A stretch of DNA of 64,000 nt from assembly GCA_028534125.1 (NCBI GenBank), contig CM052816.1, positions 37,512,001-37,576,000 on the forward strand, in the 5' to 3' direction. The notes under the pieces are model-generated. The model did not search any database. It was given only the letters and a program-made list of their open reading frames with translations, and was not told the DNA's origin. Every line of letters begins with the position of its first letter. The stretch's first letter is position 1. Positions 25,535 to 38,839 of the stretch are shown here, in pieces. Both the position numbers and the translations under genes were made by a program. The DNA comes from Lama glama. Lineage: Eukaryota.

Positions 25535-25968
25535 ATATTTTTGTATTGAAGTACACTTGACTTGTAATATTAGTTTCACGTCTACAATATAGTGATTCAG
25601 TATTTTTATAACTTATACTCCATTTAAAGTTATTACAAAATAATGGCATATTTTCCTGTGCTGTAAAATACAGCCTTATTGATTATCCATTTTAAACATA
25701 GTAGTTTTTATCTCTTAATCCTGTACACCTATTTTATACTCCCCACTTCCCTCTCTCCCCTGTTAACCACTAGTTTGTTAACCACTTGTTTGTTTGTTAC
25801 ATTCATTTTTTGTATGTTTTTTAGATTATACATATAAACGATGAAATAGAATATTTGTATTTCTGTCTTACTTCACTAAGCATAATACTCTCTAGGTCTA
25901 TCCACATTGTTGCAAATGACAGAATTCCATTCATTTTTATGGATGAGTAGTATTCCATAGCATGCATG

Positions 25969-26012
<44 letters not shown>

Positions 26013-27725
26013 TATCACATTATCTTCATCCATTCATCTTTTGTTGGACAATTAGGTTGCTTCCATATCTTGGCTGTTGCAAATAACGCTGCTATGATCA
26101 CTGCGGTGATCATTTTCCATCCCCTCACTTTCAGTCTGAAGTGAGTCTCTTATAGGTAGCATATAAATAGATGGATTTTGTTTCTTTTCCAGAGCTAACT
26201 ACAGTGTATTTGTTTCCAGTAATTGTTTTATACACATTTGCCTATTAAATTTTCTCCAAAGCATAATTTTAAATGTCTTCAATGCACTGCATTTTATCTT
26301 ACTTTACATTATGCCTCTTTTGTTGTTTGACATTTAGAATATTTTCACATTTTCTGTAATTTAAATAACATAATAAACATCATTATACATAAATCTTTGT
26401 GCAGTTAAAAAAATTGTTCTTGAGATAAATTTCTCGAGTGAAATTTTTGAGTCAATGGTTTCTACATATTTAAGACTTTGGAGGAATATTTGAAACTGCC
26501 ATCCATATAAGTTTTACCAATTTTACAGCCTCATGGGCAAGATGGGTCTTGTTTTTCACCCAGTCACACTATGTCTTTTGAGTGGGGCATTTAGTCCATT
26601 GACATTTGGAGTAACTATTGGTATGTATGTACTTACGGCCATTTTATTGCTTGTTTTCTGGTTATTTCTATAGTTATTTATATTCTTTTCTTCCTCTTTT
26701 TGTTTCTTCTCTGAAGTTTGATGGTTTTCCTTAGCAGTATACTTATGTTTATTTCCCTCTAGTTTTTGTGTATATGTTGCCGGTTTTTGATTTATGGTTT
26801 TATGGAGTTCATGTATGTTTCTGACCTGTAACTATATCTATTTTTTATAAACAGGTAGTCTTTTTAGTTCAAACACCTGCTTGAAGATCTACATTTTTCA
26901 CTCCCCTCTCCTACGTTTTGAGTTTCTGAAGTTATATTTTAAATCTTCATGTTCAGCCTTGTACTGGTTGTTGTACTCATAGATGATTTTACAATTTTTG
27001 TCTTGTAATCTTTGTATTAACTTATTTAATTGGCTGATCCCCAACCTTTGTTACTTATTTGCCTTTATTAATGGTTTTTTCCCCTTTTCTGTTATACCTT
27101 TTCTTTTCCACTTGGAGAAGACTCTAACATTTTCTTAGGGTAGGTTTAGTGTTGATGATCCTTTTCAACTTTTACTTGTCTGAGTAGTTCTTTATTTGAA
27201 GAAAAATTCTAGATGGTAATCTTGCTGGGTAGAGTATCCCAGGTTGCAGGTCTTCCCTTTCAGCACTTCGAATATATCAAGCCACTCCCTTGGGGCCTGC
27301 AAATTTTCTGCAGAAAAGTCAGCTGATGTCCTTATGGGGGTTGCCTTGTTTTTAATCTTGCTGCCTTTAGAGTTATCTTTGTATCTTTAACATTTGCCAT
27401 TTTGATTATATGTCTTTTAGTGTGTCTATTTGGGTTCATCTTTGTTTGGGACACTCTTTCCTTCCTGTATCTGGATAACTGTTTTCTTCCTCCAGTTACA
27501 GAAAATTTTAGCCATAATTTGATAAAAATACATTTTGACCCCTTTTTCTCTCTTCTTCTTCTACGACCCCTAAACTGCAAATGTTGGTGCACTTGCTGTT
27601 GTCCCAGATCCCTTAGAGTGTTCTCTTTTTTCTTTTTTTTTAAACTCATTTTTCTTTTGGCTGCTCTGGTTGTGTGATTTCCATTATTCTATCTTCCAGA
27701 TCATTTATGTGTTACTCTGTATTAC
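25535..27725 (-). mobile_element. Cetartiodactyl L1 lacking almost all of ORF2, containing a (TG)n tract and a foreign insert
   Basis: 3'UTR and ORF2 end at 25535-26108 (ORF 25821-26033: MEYYSSIK..ILSFATMWIDLESIMLSEV), then a direct jump to the ORF2 start; ORF1 remnant in ORF 27332-27649 (KMNPNRHTKRHIIKMANVKD..LKAAR). Confidence 0.9.
25971..26008. repeat. (TG)19 microsatellite
   Basis: Direct reading. Confidence 0.95.
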
Positions 27726-29639
27726 TTTACATTAAGACTGTGCATCTGATTGTGTAATTGCTCTAAAATTGTTCTCGATCAGGATTGTTTTGGCTATTTT
27801 TGGCCCTGTGAATTTTCATTTATTTGGTAAAATCAACTTATAAATTTTCACGGAAAAAAAAAAGTGCTTTGATTTTGGAAGGGATCAAGTTGAAAATATA
27901 ATTTAACTTAAGAGAATTGTCATTAAAATATAGACTTTCAAACTATGAATGCTATATCACTCTATTTTTAGTTTATCTTTCATAGGATTTTTTCGTAACT
28001 GCATTTTGTTTTTGAATAATTTTAAATAGAGGTGTTCTAAATTTTCAACTTCATTTTCAATATACAGAAATTCAATTGATTTTTGTGTATTAAACTTCTA
28101 TTTAGTATTTTTACTGAATCCATTTATTTTGATTCTTTAGGATTATCTTTCTAGATAATTATTTTATCAAAAAATTATGGTATTTTGATTACTTTCTTGT
28201 TAATGCTTATTTTGTGTTATTATGCTAATAACTTCAGAATGCTGAATAGAAATAAAAGTAGCAGATGACATCATTATGTCATCCTAAATTTCAGGAAGGA
28301 AGCTTATAATATTTTATCATTATAAATGATGATTAAAGATTCTGGGAAGAAGGCAGCAGCAGCTATTGGGAAAATTCTCAACCATATTAATTCATATTCA
28401 GGCATAACAGCCTTTTTTAAAGATTTATTTATGTAAAGGATAATAAAGTTAGATAAAGTCTCAATAGACATATTCCAAGGTAGTGAAGATAAAGGTCTAT
28501 CCCTCACTTCCTTGTTAAAGATTTGCTTAAATGTTAGTGTGAGAAAGGTGATGTCTTTCTGGAGAGGCAATAATGATCAGATTTAAAATAGTCCTTTAAA
28601 GACAGGGGTTGGGAGTGTCATGTGTCATAAGCTGAGTGTTCTTTAGCTATGACATTGATGCACTGTATGTATAGCATCCACTGGGTCTACCTTCTCATCA
28701 TCCCCATGGAATTTAGAAGCAAGGGAGGCTGATGTAAAAAAAGAAGCTCTGGCTACTACAATGTGCAAATGATAAGTTGTTTAGATCCAGTTGGGCTTAT
28801 TGTCTCCTTACAGGCTGCCTACATAAAAGTATGGTAGGACAACTTAGCAATAGCTGCCACAGGATGTATTTGACCACTCAGTACCCTATAACTAAAGACC
28901 CAATGTATTTTCCTGCTCTCCCTATTCTTAATCCTAATGGCAAAAAGAAGCGATTCTTAAAGCTGTCTGTTCTGCTATTACTAATTTCTAATTACAATTA
29001 ATCTATTGCTATCTCTTATTTCATAAATTGAAGACAAGTTTGTTTATACTTGATTTGGTTAAGTGAATATCTTAGCTCACACAGTTACTTAATACAATTT
29101 ATGGATTAGTCAAGTAGTATGCAGTACTATGATTACATTCTCCTTCATTTACAGCTTTTATTTTATCCCTGAAATTAATAATGACTCAGAGTTTCATTAG
29201 TTTGGTTCCTCCCCTTCCTTCTCCTCCTCTTATTCTTTTATTTCTTCCTCTTTTTAATTTGACTCAGTCTCTCTTTACCTTTGCATAGCATACATTTACA
29301 TTATTTCCTTAGAGTAAAAATGGACAGATGATTAATATTTTTCCTTTGAGATGTCTCTACTAGATTCCTCTCAGTCTCCTTCACTCTGGGTTAGTAACCC
29401 TTTAGGCCTCTTGATTAACTCTGCAACTTTGTTACCTTGTTAATTGCCTTCATCTTCCTTTGTGATGGTTACCTGTTTTCTGAAATATTTATATTCTTTC
29501 TTTGCTTTTTCTATCATTGTGTAAACTTTGTAATCTTTTAAATCATATTTTGACTCTAAAAGTAATTTCCCTCTTAATAGGTATGCTTAATTCATTACTT
29601 TTATGTGCAAGAATAACTGCTGATAATAAAAAGAAGACA

Positions 29640-29840
29640 CTAATTCCAAGGGTTTTAATCTTCACAAAACATATTTAATAATCTAAAAAGCAAATTGAGG
29701 TGGATTTTATTAATACTTTTATTTTACATATGAAGAAATTGTAACCTTGTGAGATTAAATAATGTATCAAACACTATACATTTAGGAAGAAACCGAGATA
29801 GATTTCAAATCTTCACAGTCAGGCCCTGAAGCTCACTATT
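29640..29840 (-). mobile_element. MIR SINE
   Basis: attttacatatgaagaaattg...gagattaaataatgt. Confidence 0.6.
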
Positions 29841-30465
29841 TCTCAAAAAAAGCGAATTAGTCTTTTTTGGATATAATTTTTTTATTCTCAGACTTGGATT
29901 CCTATATACTTATTCTTCACTTTTTGTCCCTAACTGTATTTTCTATTACTGTTTTTCTCCAGTAATTTGGAAGACATATAGACCATTTCTCAATATAGTA
30001 TTAGCTGCTTGAAAATGTTTGATAGAGTATTCACGGTATCTATTTCTCTAAATAGTAAAATAAAAATGGCATGGCATCAGTTGATAGCACCATATATAAA
30101 ATGAAAAAAAATATTATGTGTTTCCTTACTAGGCTTTTTATTCTGTCTTTATTTTTAACTGACATAGAAAAATGTTCACTTAGTCTAATATTGTAAATTT
30201 AAATTTTTTCTTACTTGAGAAAAATGTTAATATTTAAAAATTTGCTTTTAAAAATAAACACAAAGCTTGAATTTTTATTACTGAAAAGTTACTGTCTTTC
30301 CTTAAATTTGATTTTTTTGTGAAATATATTTTTAAATGAATGAGGGAATTTTTTCCCTTGAATCCTTGTTTTAACTCTCAGTATGCTACATATAAGAAAC
30401 CCCTTCATAACAGACACTGTCTCTACACAAATGCCTTTGGATAATTATTTGTTTCAGATTTTCAG

Positions 30466-30504
30466 CTTCTCTGGACAGAATAATTAATAAATCTGAGGCA
30501 CATG
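30466..30504 (+). CDS. Candidate 39-nt exon (xSLDRIINKSEAH), alternative acceptor at 30458
   Basis: Tandem acceptors tttgtttcag|attttcag|; consensus donor ATG|gtgagt; open in phase 1 and in frame with the downstream exons. Confidence 0.5.
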
Positions 30505-31109
30505 GTGAGTTCAGTCTTTTATTTTTCAGATTTTTCAATGATACTGGTAAATACATACTTCAACATAAAAATTAGATAGGTCAAAATACAGAAATGTATT
30601 ATCTTACAAAGTATGTGGCTTTTACTATTCTATGAGATTTCATTTTGCACTTGATAAATACATAGGCAGTAATATTTCATAATAACAGTAATAATGCTCC
30701 ACCCAAGAATCAGGCTCCAGGTGAAGTTGTAGCAAATAGTAATTTTGTCATATAAAGTCCTAAGCAATATTTACACAATTTTAGCCAATACATTGAAGCT
30801 AAACCCTCTAACTTTGGCCTCAGTGAATCTTTGTGTAGCAAAACTGGATATAGATTGTTACTAAGCAAATAAATGTGAGAAATAAATTGTACTTCAACAG
30901 AATACCTGTAAGAGAGCTATCTTCTATCAATCTCAAATGAGTCCTATAAATTTGCCTCAGAATATCTAAAAATCAATCCCAGGAAATGTTTTGAAATAAC
31001 TTTCACTTACATGAAAGACTAATGGTCCTATTAACTTAGAAATTATCTGAAAGGAATATTATCAGTGGGTAAACATGAAGGAATAAAAGGAAATGATGTT
31101 GGTTGGGTT

Positions 31110-31250
31110 TCTAATATATACTTGACAATTACACATTACCCATTTGATTTTTACAGTAACACTTTAAGGTTAGTTTTTATATCACCATTTCACAAGTGAA
31201 GCAATGGAGACTCATAATTTTAAAACATGCCAAAATTCATATAGTTATGA
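31110..31250 (-). mobile_element. MIR SINE
   Basis: atcaccatttcacaagtgaagcaatggagactca. Confidence 0.6.
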
Positions 31251-31714
31251 GTAACCTCATCAGCTTTATCAAGCAGTAGAGAAGATGAGCATGGAAAAGG
31301 GCTGTGTTGGTTATAAACACTAATTCATAGATGTCCCTTGGAGTATTCAAGTTACCAAAGTTAGTTCACTGGTAAAATTTTTTTTAAATATTAAAAAGTT
31401 AGTTTTTGAACTGAATTTATAGACGTTTAATTAATTTGTTAGTTACATCATTTTTCTATAGTTTATTTTTAACTTATTGACTGCTTTGGTTTTTTTTTTT
31501 TGGTATTTGTTTTTAAAATCAGACAGCAGTTCTATTTTGCTCACAGTATACTTGGTTCTAAAGTCAAATGCATGTTTATCTATTTATTGCACTATTCTTT
31601 TTTCTTTATTCCTGTTGTATTCTACATTTATTTTTTGTCTATTTTTATCTCTTACTTTAGCTACTTTTTCCCTACTCCTCCATAATACTCAATTTGAAGT
31701 AAGAAATTCTGTTA

Positions 31715-33018
31715 TTTTTTCTTATTTATCTTATAACTGAAAGTTAGTACCTTTGGACTGCCTTCATTCAATTTTCCCTCCGTCCACCTCTGGTAGCCAC
31801 AAATACCTCATTTTCTGTGAATTGGTTTGTACATTTGTTTGTTTTTGACATATAATTGACCTACTATACTATGTAAGTTCCTGGTGCACAACACGGTGAT
31901 TTCCATACATTGCAAAAGCATGGCTGTGATAGGTCTAGTTATCTGTCACATTACATAATTATTGACTATATTCCTCACACTGTGCGTTTTATACCCATGA
32001 CTCATTTATTTTGTAACTGCAAGTTTGTACTTCCCTCACCTATTCTCCTCCCCTAACTCATTCCCTATGGCAACTTGCCTGTTCTCTGTGTCTATGACTT
32101 TGTTTCTGTTTAGTTATGTTTGTTCATATAAAGGTGAAATCATACAGTAATTGTCTTTCTCTGTCTAACTTAATTCACTTAGCATGATACCCTCTAGGTC
32201 CTATGTTGTTGCAAATGGCTAGATTTTGTCCTTTTTAATGACTAATATTTCATTGTACATATGGTCCACATCTTTATCCATTTATCTATCAATGGATATT
32301 TAGTTTGCTTCTGTATATCTCAGCTATTTTAAGTAATGTTGCAATTAACATAGGGGTGCATATAACTTTTTAAATTAATGTTTTGGTTTTCTTTGGATGA
32401 ATACCCAGGAGTAGGATTGATGGATTGTATGGTAGTTCTATTTTTAGTTTTTTGACACATTTCTGTAGTATTCTTTTTAGTGGCTGCACCAATTTACATT
32501 TCCACCAACAGTGCATAAGGATTCTCTTTCCTCCATATCTTTGACAACAGTTGTTACTTGTTGTCTGTAACAGCTGTCCTGACACATTTGAGGTGATAGC
32601 TCGATTGTGGGTTTCACTGGCACTTCCCTGATGATTAATGATGTTGAGCATCTTTTCATGTGCCTGTTGGCTGTTGGTATGCCTTCCTTAGAAACATATC
32701 TACTCAGGTCTTCTGCTCATTTTTTAATTTAGTTTTCTTTTTTTTTTTTGGTGTTGAGTGGTACGAATTCTTTGTATAGTTTGGATATTAACCCTTGTCA
32801 GATACATTGTTTGCAAACATCTTCCATTCACTAGGCAGCCTTTTCGTTTTGCTGATTGTTTCCTTCATTGTGCAAAAGACTTTTAGTTTGCACTAACTTT
32901 TCTCCTTGTCTTTGTCTTTCTCATCAATAATTTTCCTGTAGATAAGTGTGATATTAATGTGCCCATGAAAGGAGGTGAGCTCAGGGACTTCCTTCCAACA
33001 TCTTGACCATTTCTCCTA
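31715..33018 (-). mobile_element. Internally deleted cetartiodactyl L1 (about 110 nt of 5' end fused to ORF2 3' end and 3'UTR)
   Basis: ORFs 32477-32659 and 32370-32651 ([12 protein letters not shown]..., [21 protein letters not shown]) are the ORF2 C-terminus; 32905-33018 (aggaggtgagctcaggg...catcttgacc) is the antisense of the L1 5' start. Confidence 0.85.
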
Positions 33019-33219
33019 ATTAACACCAATTTGTACAAGCTCTTATACTAGGTGCCCCACACTTTGGCTCATGGCCTCATTTTTACATCTTCAAAGATAA
33101 CTGCAAAGTTGAATTCTATTCATGTTGCCATCTCTCTGGTTCTCAATACTGTTTTTTCATACTTAATATTATAAATATGTATAATATAATCTGTCTCCCT
33201 GTTCTCATTTTCTCTCATT

Positions 33220-35650
33220 TGTTTCAGTATACAGCAAAGTGATTCAGTTTTATATATATATGTATATATACACACACACACACAGACATATATATATACA
33301 CACACATATATATATATTCATTTTCAGATTCTTTTCCATCATAGGCATTATAGGTTATTGTAAGACATTGACTGTAGTTACCTGTGCCATAAAGTCCTTG
33401 TTGTTTATTCTATATGTAATATTTGTTATTTCCAAACTCCTAATTAACTCCTTCTCCTCTTCTCCTTTAGGAACCATAGGTCTGTTTTCTATGACTTTGA
33501 TTCTATTTCTGTTTTGTACATAAGTTCATTTGTCTCATTTTTTTAGATTCCACATATAAGCAATTTTATACTTATCTTTCTCTGTCTTCACTTTGTATCA
33601 TAATCTTTTAGGTCCATCCATGTTACTGCAAACAGCATTATTTCATTATTTTTTATGGCTGAGTAGTATTCCATTGTGTGTGTATGTGTGTGTGTATATA
33701 TATGTATGTATACCCCACATCTGCTTTATCCATCAGTTGATGGACATTTAGTTTGCTTCCATGTCTTGGCTATTGTGAATAGTGCTGCTACGAACATTAG
33801 GGAGCATCTGTCTTTTCAAATTAGAGTTTTTGTCTTTTCCAGATTTATGCCCAGGAGTAGGATTGCTGGATCATATGGTAACTCTCTTTTCAGCTTTTTA
33901 AGGAAACTTCATACTATTCTGCATAGTGGCTACACCATTTATATTCCCACCAACAGTGCAGGAGGGTCACTTTTTCTCCCCACTCTCTCAAAATTTATTA
34001 TTTATAGATTTTTTAAATGACAGCCATTCTGACAGATGTGAAGTGACACCTCAGAGTAGGTTTGATGTACATTTCTCTAATAATTAGCAACATTGAGCAT
34101 CTTTTCAGGTGCCTATTGGCACCTGTATATCTTCTTTGGAGAAATGTTTATTTGGGTTTTTTGCCCACTTTCTGTTGGCTTTTTTAAAAAATAATGAGCT
34201 GTATGAGCTGTTTGTATATTTTGTAAATTAAGCCCTTGTTGGTCCTATCATTTGCAAATATTTTCTCCCATTATGTAGGTTGTCTTTTCATTTTGTTTAT
34301 GGTGTCCTTTGCTGTGCAAAACTTAAGTTTAATTGGGTTCTATTTGTTTATTTTTGTTTTTATTTCCATTACTCTAGGAGACGGATCCAAAAATGATTGC
34401 TGTGATTTATGTCAAAGAGTGTTCTGCGTGTGTTTTACTTAGAATGTTTAGTCTTACATTTAGGTCTGTAATCTATTTTGACCAAGTTTTTTTATGTAGT
34501 GTTAGAGAATGTTCTAATTCCATTCAATTGTGTATAACTGTCTAGTTTTCCCAGCACCATTTATTAAAGAGACTGTCTTTTCTTCGTAGTATATTATTAC
34601 CTCCTTTGTCCTAGATTAATTGACCGTAAGTGCGTGGGTTTATTTCTGGGCTTCCTATCCTGTCCCATTGATCTGTGTATCTGTATTGGTGCCAGAACCA
34701 TGCTGTTATGATTACCGTAGCTGTGCAGTACAATCTGAAGTCAGGGAGTTCGAGTTCTTCTTTCTCAAGATTGTTTTGGCTATTCGCGGTCTTCTGTGTT
34801 TCCAAATAAATTTTAAAATTAGGGTTCCCCCAAGAGGGCCGCTTGGGTCCTTCTGTTGTGATGGGCTGACTAAGTGAGCAGTCTGGGAGGTTGTGTTGGC
34901 CTCTAGTCCCATCAATTGCACAGCCCTGCTTTGCTCTGCTAGCTGCTGTTTAGTGGGGAGTGGTCACAAGGTGGTTGGTTGCAGAACCATGTTGGGGGGG
35001 GGTTCAAGACTAGCACTGCCTGACTGGCTGGTAGAGTCAGGGTTCTGAAGACTCCAGGGCTACTGCCCAGCCGTGACGGGTGAGACAAGGTCCTGGGGTT
35101 AGCACCGGACTTGTGGCGGCAGAGCTGCTTCCTGGAATCTGGCCTCCGGGCCCAAGGATCCCAGAGCTCCTTTCAGATTATTGATGGGGGTGGGAGGGCA
35201 GTTCCTGATGCAGGTGGGTACAGGGTCTGGCATGTCCTGTGTTGGCCTGTGCCCAGCCCGTCCCGGGGTAGGATCTGAGCTGCTGCTGGCAGGCTGGGCC
35301 TGTAAGTTATGGGATCACAGTTTTCTCAAATCTGCTATCTGCCCTCTGGGGGAGTGAGGCTGGTCTGGATGCTAGTGCAGGCTTCCTGTCGGGAAGAGCC
35401 TCTGCCCACTGGTGGGTGGAGCCGAGTGTGGGTCACCCAGCTGAGGTGTATGAGATTTGTTTACATTGCAAGTCCACCCCTCCTAACCTTCACATTGTGG
35501 TTCCTTCTTTGTCTTTAATTGTAGATCTTCTCTGGTTGATTCCAGTTGTTTTCATTGATGGTTGTTCTGCAGATAACTGTGATTTTGGTGTGCTCCTGAG
35601 AGGAGGTTGAGCTCAGGGTCTCTCTCCTCACCATCTTGGCCATCCTCCCG
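33220..35650 (-). mobile_element. Internally deleted cetartiodactyl L1 retaining ~830 nt of 5'UTR
   Basis: 3'UTR and late ORF2 at 33220-34820 ([20 protein letters not shown]...[12 protein letters not shown]); GC-rich 5'UTR 34821-35650 ending ccatcttggccatcctccc; ORF1, EN and RT absent. Confidence 0.88.
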
Positions 35651-36114
35651 CCACCTCAGGAGCTGCTCTTGTCTCAACCTGTGCATACACAGGACAGATG
35701 ATCCCCAGCAGTCCTTTCCCATACTCTGGATTATGTATCTCAAACACTCCAGACTGTGGCAACCCAGGTTGCACTCAAGTTCTTTCTTCCAGTGAGGTCA
35801 AGTTATACCTCTTTATTCTTTCTGGATTTCATTGCATGGTTCAGCTGGGATATTGGCAGCTCCCACCTCTTCTGGATACAGTACTTAGATAACTTCCTCC
35901 ACTGTAAATTACAGTGAATGAAGTTGAGCCTGTGAATCACCCTCTTTACGGTAATGACAAGACATAATTTACCATAAAGACTTCCGGTCCCCACATTGCG
36001 AAGAGCTGTAATCTGATGGAATGTGCTTGTCTCTTTTCCCAACTGTTATTCAAAGAACTGGTGCTTCCACAGCAGGGATTCAGATGGAAACACAAAAGCC
36101 TGCCCTCTAACTGT

Positions 36115-36245
36115 GAGGCCTGTGGGGCCAGGGTGGCCAGGTCTTCTAATTTTCTAAGAGAAGCTGGAAATCCTAACCCTTTTAGAGAGTAAAATCTCTT
36201 AATCTTCAATGTTGGCAGCTAATGACAATTTCTATCAAAATGGAG
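36115..36245. mobile_element. MER102-like hAT fragment
   Basis: ggccaggtcttctaattttctaagagaagctggaaatcc...aatgttggcagctaat. Confidence 0.55.
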
Positions 36246-38473
36246 TGGGCTCCATAAGGTTGGGCTGAATCTCCCATGTGTGACCTCTCTCTGATTCTTA
36301 GAACCCTGGGACGTATCACCACATCCACACTCCCCTGGCGCCCATCTTTGTTGAGCCTCCAGCAGTGATTCTGGTGAGGAAGGTCTTCATGTGACCCCTT
36401 GGATTGTGGCTTTCCTGGCTCCCTGGATAATCTGATTGCTCCATTTATTGCTGTGTTTCTTTTTTTCATCAGTTTTAGCCCTTATCCAATCACACATGGC
36501 TTGGGTAGAGTGTCACTTTACACTTCTGCCTGACTAAATTTTAATTTTTGTTGCACCTTCACCTGTACTGCTAAATGTCTGACTGTGGGGAGTCACCGTA
36601 ATAAGTGAGCCTCCAGACTCAGCTCATCGTCACCTTTGTTATTACTGCTATATGGAGTGAACAGAGTAGAACAGGGCTTTTTTTTTTTTTTAAAAAAACA
36701 AGATATTCATTAAGTCTTCAGTATATGTTTTGGATGAATAACCGGAGGAAACATTATTTGCTCTATCCAGTAGGCATAAAACGTATTTTAGTTGGTAAAG
36801 CAAGAATCTCAAAGATGATAGTTTTCCATTTCTTCATAGCTGAAGAAACAAATGCAAATACTGGCAAAATATTTGCATTAGCAATTTGAAAACCTTCAAT
36901 TCCTTAATGGTCAAAAGTTTGTTAGAAACGATGACACACGGCCTATTCCAACTTTATAATATCTTGATATTTAACTTGGAATTACTATATATGATAAATA
37001 TATGCTACTATTTTCCATATATATTCAACAATGAAATCTGAATTTATTAAAATAATGAAACAGTTGCAAGTAGGTAGTAGATAGCAGCATCTGAATACTG
37101 TAGTCTTTAAAAAATATTATTTAAATAAATTGCAACAGGTATTAGAAGAGGACATTAAAAAATGCCATGTATAATCACTGCCTTTTAAAATATGTTAGAA
37201 TTTTTATAGAAAGCCTATGAGATAAATAGAGCTGAGTTCACTCTTGCCTTTCACCCTTCTGTGAAGCTGCAGATGTAGCGCACACTTCCCCATATAACAC
37301 TGTCCTTATTAAGAATCTATATCCTAAATCACATCAAGATTTTTTAACTGTGAAGGATCTCCTTGTTATGGAGAGTAACTTTATATTTCCTATCATTCTA
37401 TCATTAGCAAGCAAACCAAAGTTAGGTTTGAAAATCCAATATGGTATCTTTTCCTCTTTATAAGGTCCTAGATTGCAAACTTAGTATTGATATATGCAGT
37501 TACTGTATATTAAATTGTATGTATGCTTGTGTGTACCATAAAATAATAAATATATATTAATATATATAAGAATTTGCTTTGAAATTTTGTTAGGCTTCAG
37601 TTTTCAATACTTCAGCTTATTTAAGTGTATTTTTTTAGATATGAAAAAAGCAACATTTAAAAAATTATTATAATTTTTCCACTTCCCAGAGATCAACTCT
37701 TTACTATAAGAAAGAACATGTTCAGCTTTGCTTGCAATATTTAGAAAACACGAGTTAACCTTATCTTACTAAAGCAAACAAGTAAGCCCATTGCCTCATG
37801 TTTTCATTCTAAGTACCCTAAAACCACATACACTTATGTATGTGGTTGCACATTTCTCTTTGGTGCTTCAGTTCGCGAATTCATGTCCCAAATTAGGAGT
37901 TGTCAAGTGCTGACACAGCAGCTAAGAGAAATGGCTTTCTGTGGAAGGTGTTCACATTTTGAAAGGAAAATAAAAAAAGTCTTTTTCTCTGGTCCTTGGA
38001 GAATATCCAGATAAAACTCCATCAGCCTTTTCCAAAAACAATAACTCCATCTTTATATGAACTGTGGTAAATTTTCTTCAAGAAACTTGAATGTTCAAAA
38101 TTCCAAAGGTTTATGTGACAAACATGTAATTATACATTAGCTGTACTAGTGGCCCAATAAATTGTGAACTGCAAACTATTCAGCCCCCAGTTTATAATAT
38201 ATAAAGCCTTAATGCTTTTTCAATATATGTTAAACCTAATTTTTGTAACCCTTGTGGTTTAAAGTCTTTCTAAAATGCACTAGTTCACTTTTCTTTGTTG
38301 GTTACAAACAACGAATTTCAAATTAATATAGTTCTCTCTTCATATTTTTGGTATGTAGACTGTTGAGTGACACTACTACCTGTGTGAAAAACATTTGTGT
38401 AAATACAGGTGATGTAAATAATTGGTTTATATGCATATAATACAAGTTCCATTTTTAACTAGGTCCTTAACAG

Positions 38474-38513
38474 TGTGTGTGTGTGTGTGTGTGTGCGTGC
38501 GCGCGTGTGTGTG
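38474..38513. repeat. (TG)n/(CG)n microsatellite
   Basis: Direct reading; alternating purine-pyrimidine. Confidence 0.9.
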
Positions 38514-38839
38514 AATTTATCTTTTACTTTTCTCTTATAAAAGGAGAGTTTAGCAAATTCTATTAATCAAATAGTATAATTAATAGTCCTCAGTCAATTG
38601 ACAATTTATTCTATTGAGAAGCATACCCTTTATTACTTTTAAAGAGTAAAACAAAAGTAATTCATGAAAGAAAGTTTGGTTAAAAATCAAGATGTCCCTA
38701 GTCCCATCCTCCAGGAAATACTGAAAAACATCCATTTCATCAACATTTCAAGACACACAGAAGTGTCCATGTTGTATCCCAAGATTCTCAACAGAAATTC
38801 CAAATGTGGTTAGAATTTTTTACAAGAAAAAGAGAGATA

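Larger units (their letters stand above)
24775..28310 (-). mobile_element. Ancient L1ME-like element, interrupted by a younger L1
   Basis: Degenerate antisense L1 at 24775-24860, 25200-25510 and 27770-28310. Confidence 0.6.

Noticed and set aside
31715..32140. Apparent tandem duplication of the L1 3'UTR
   Set aside because: As I recall, this doubled 3' end is a normal feature of a cetartiodactyl L1 subfamily.
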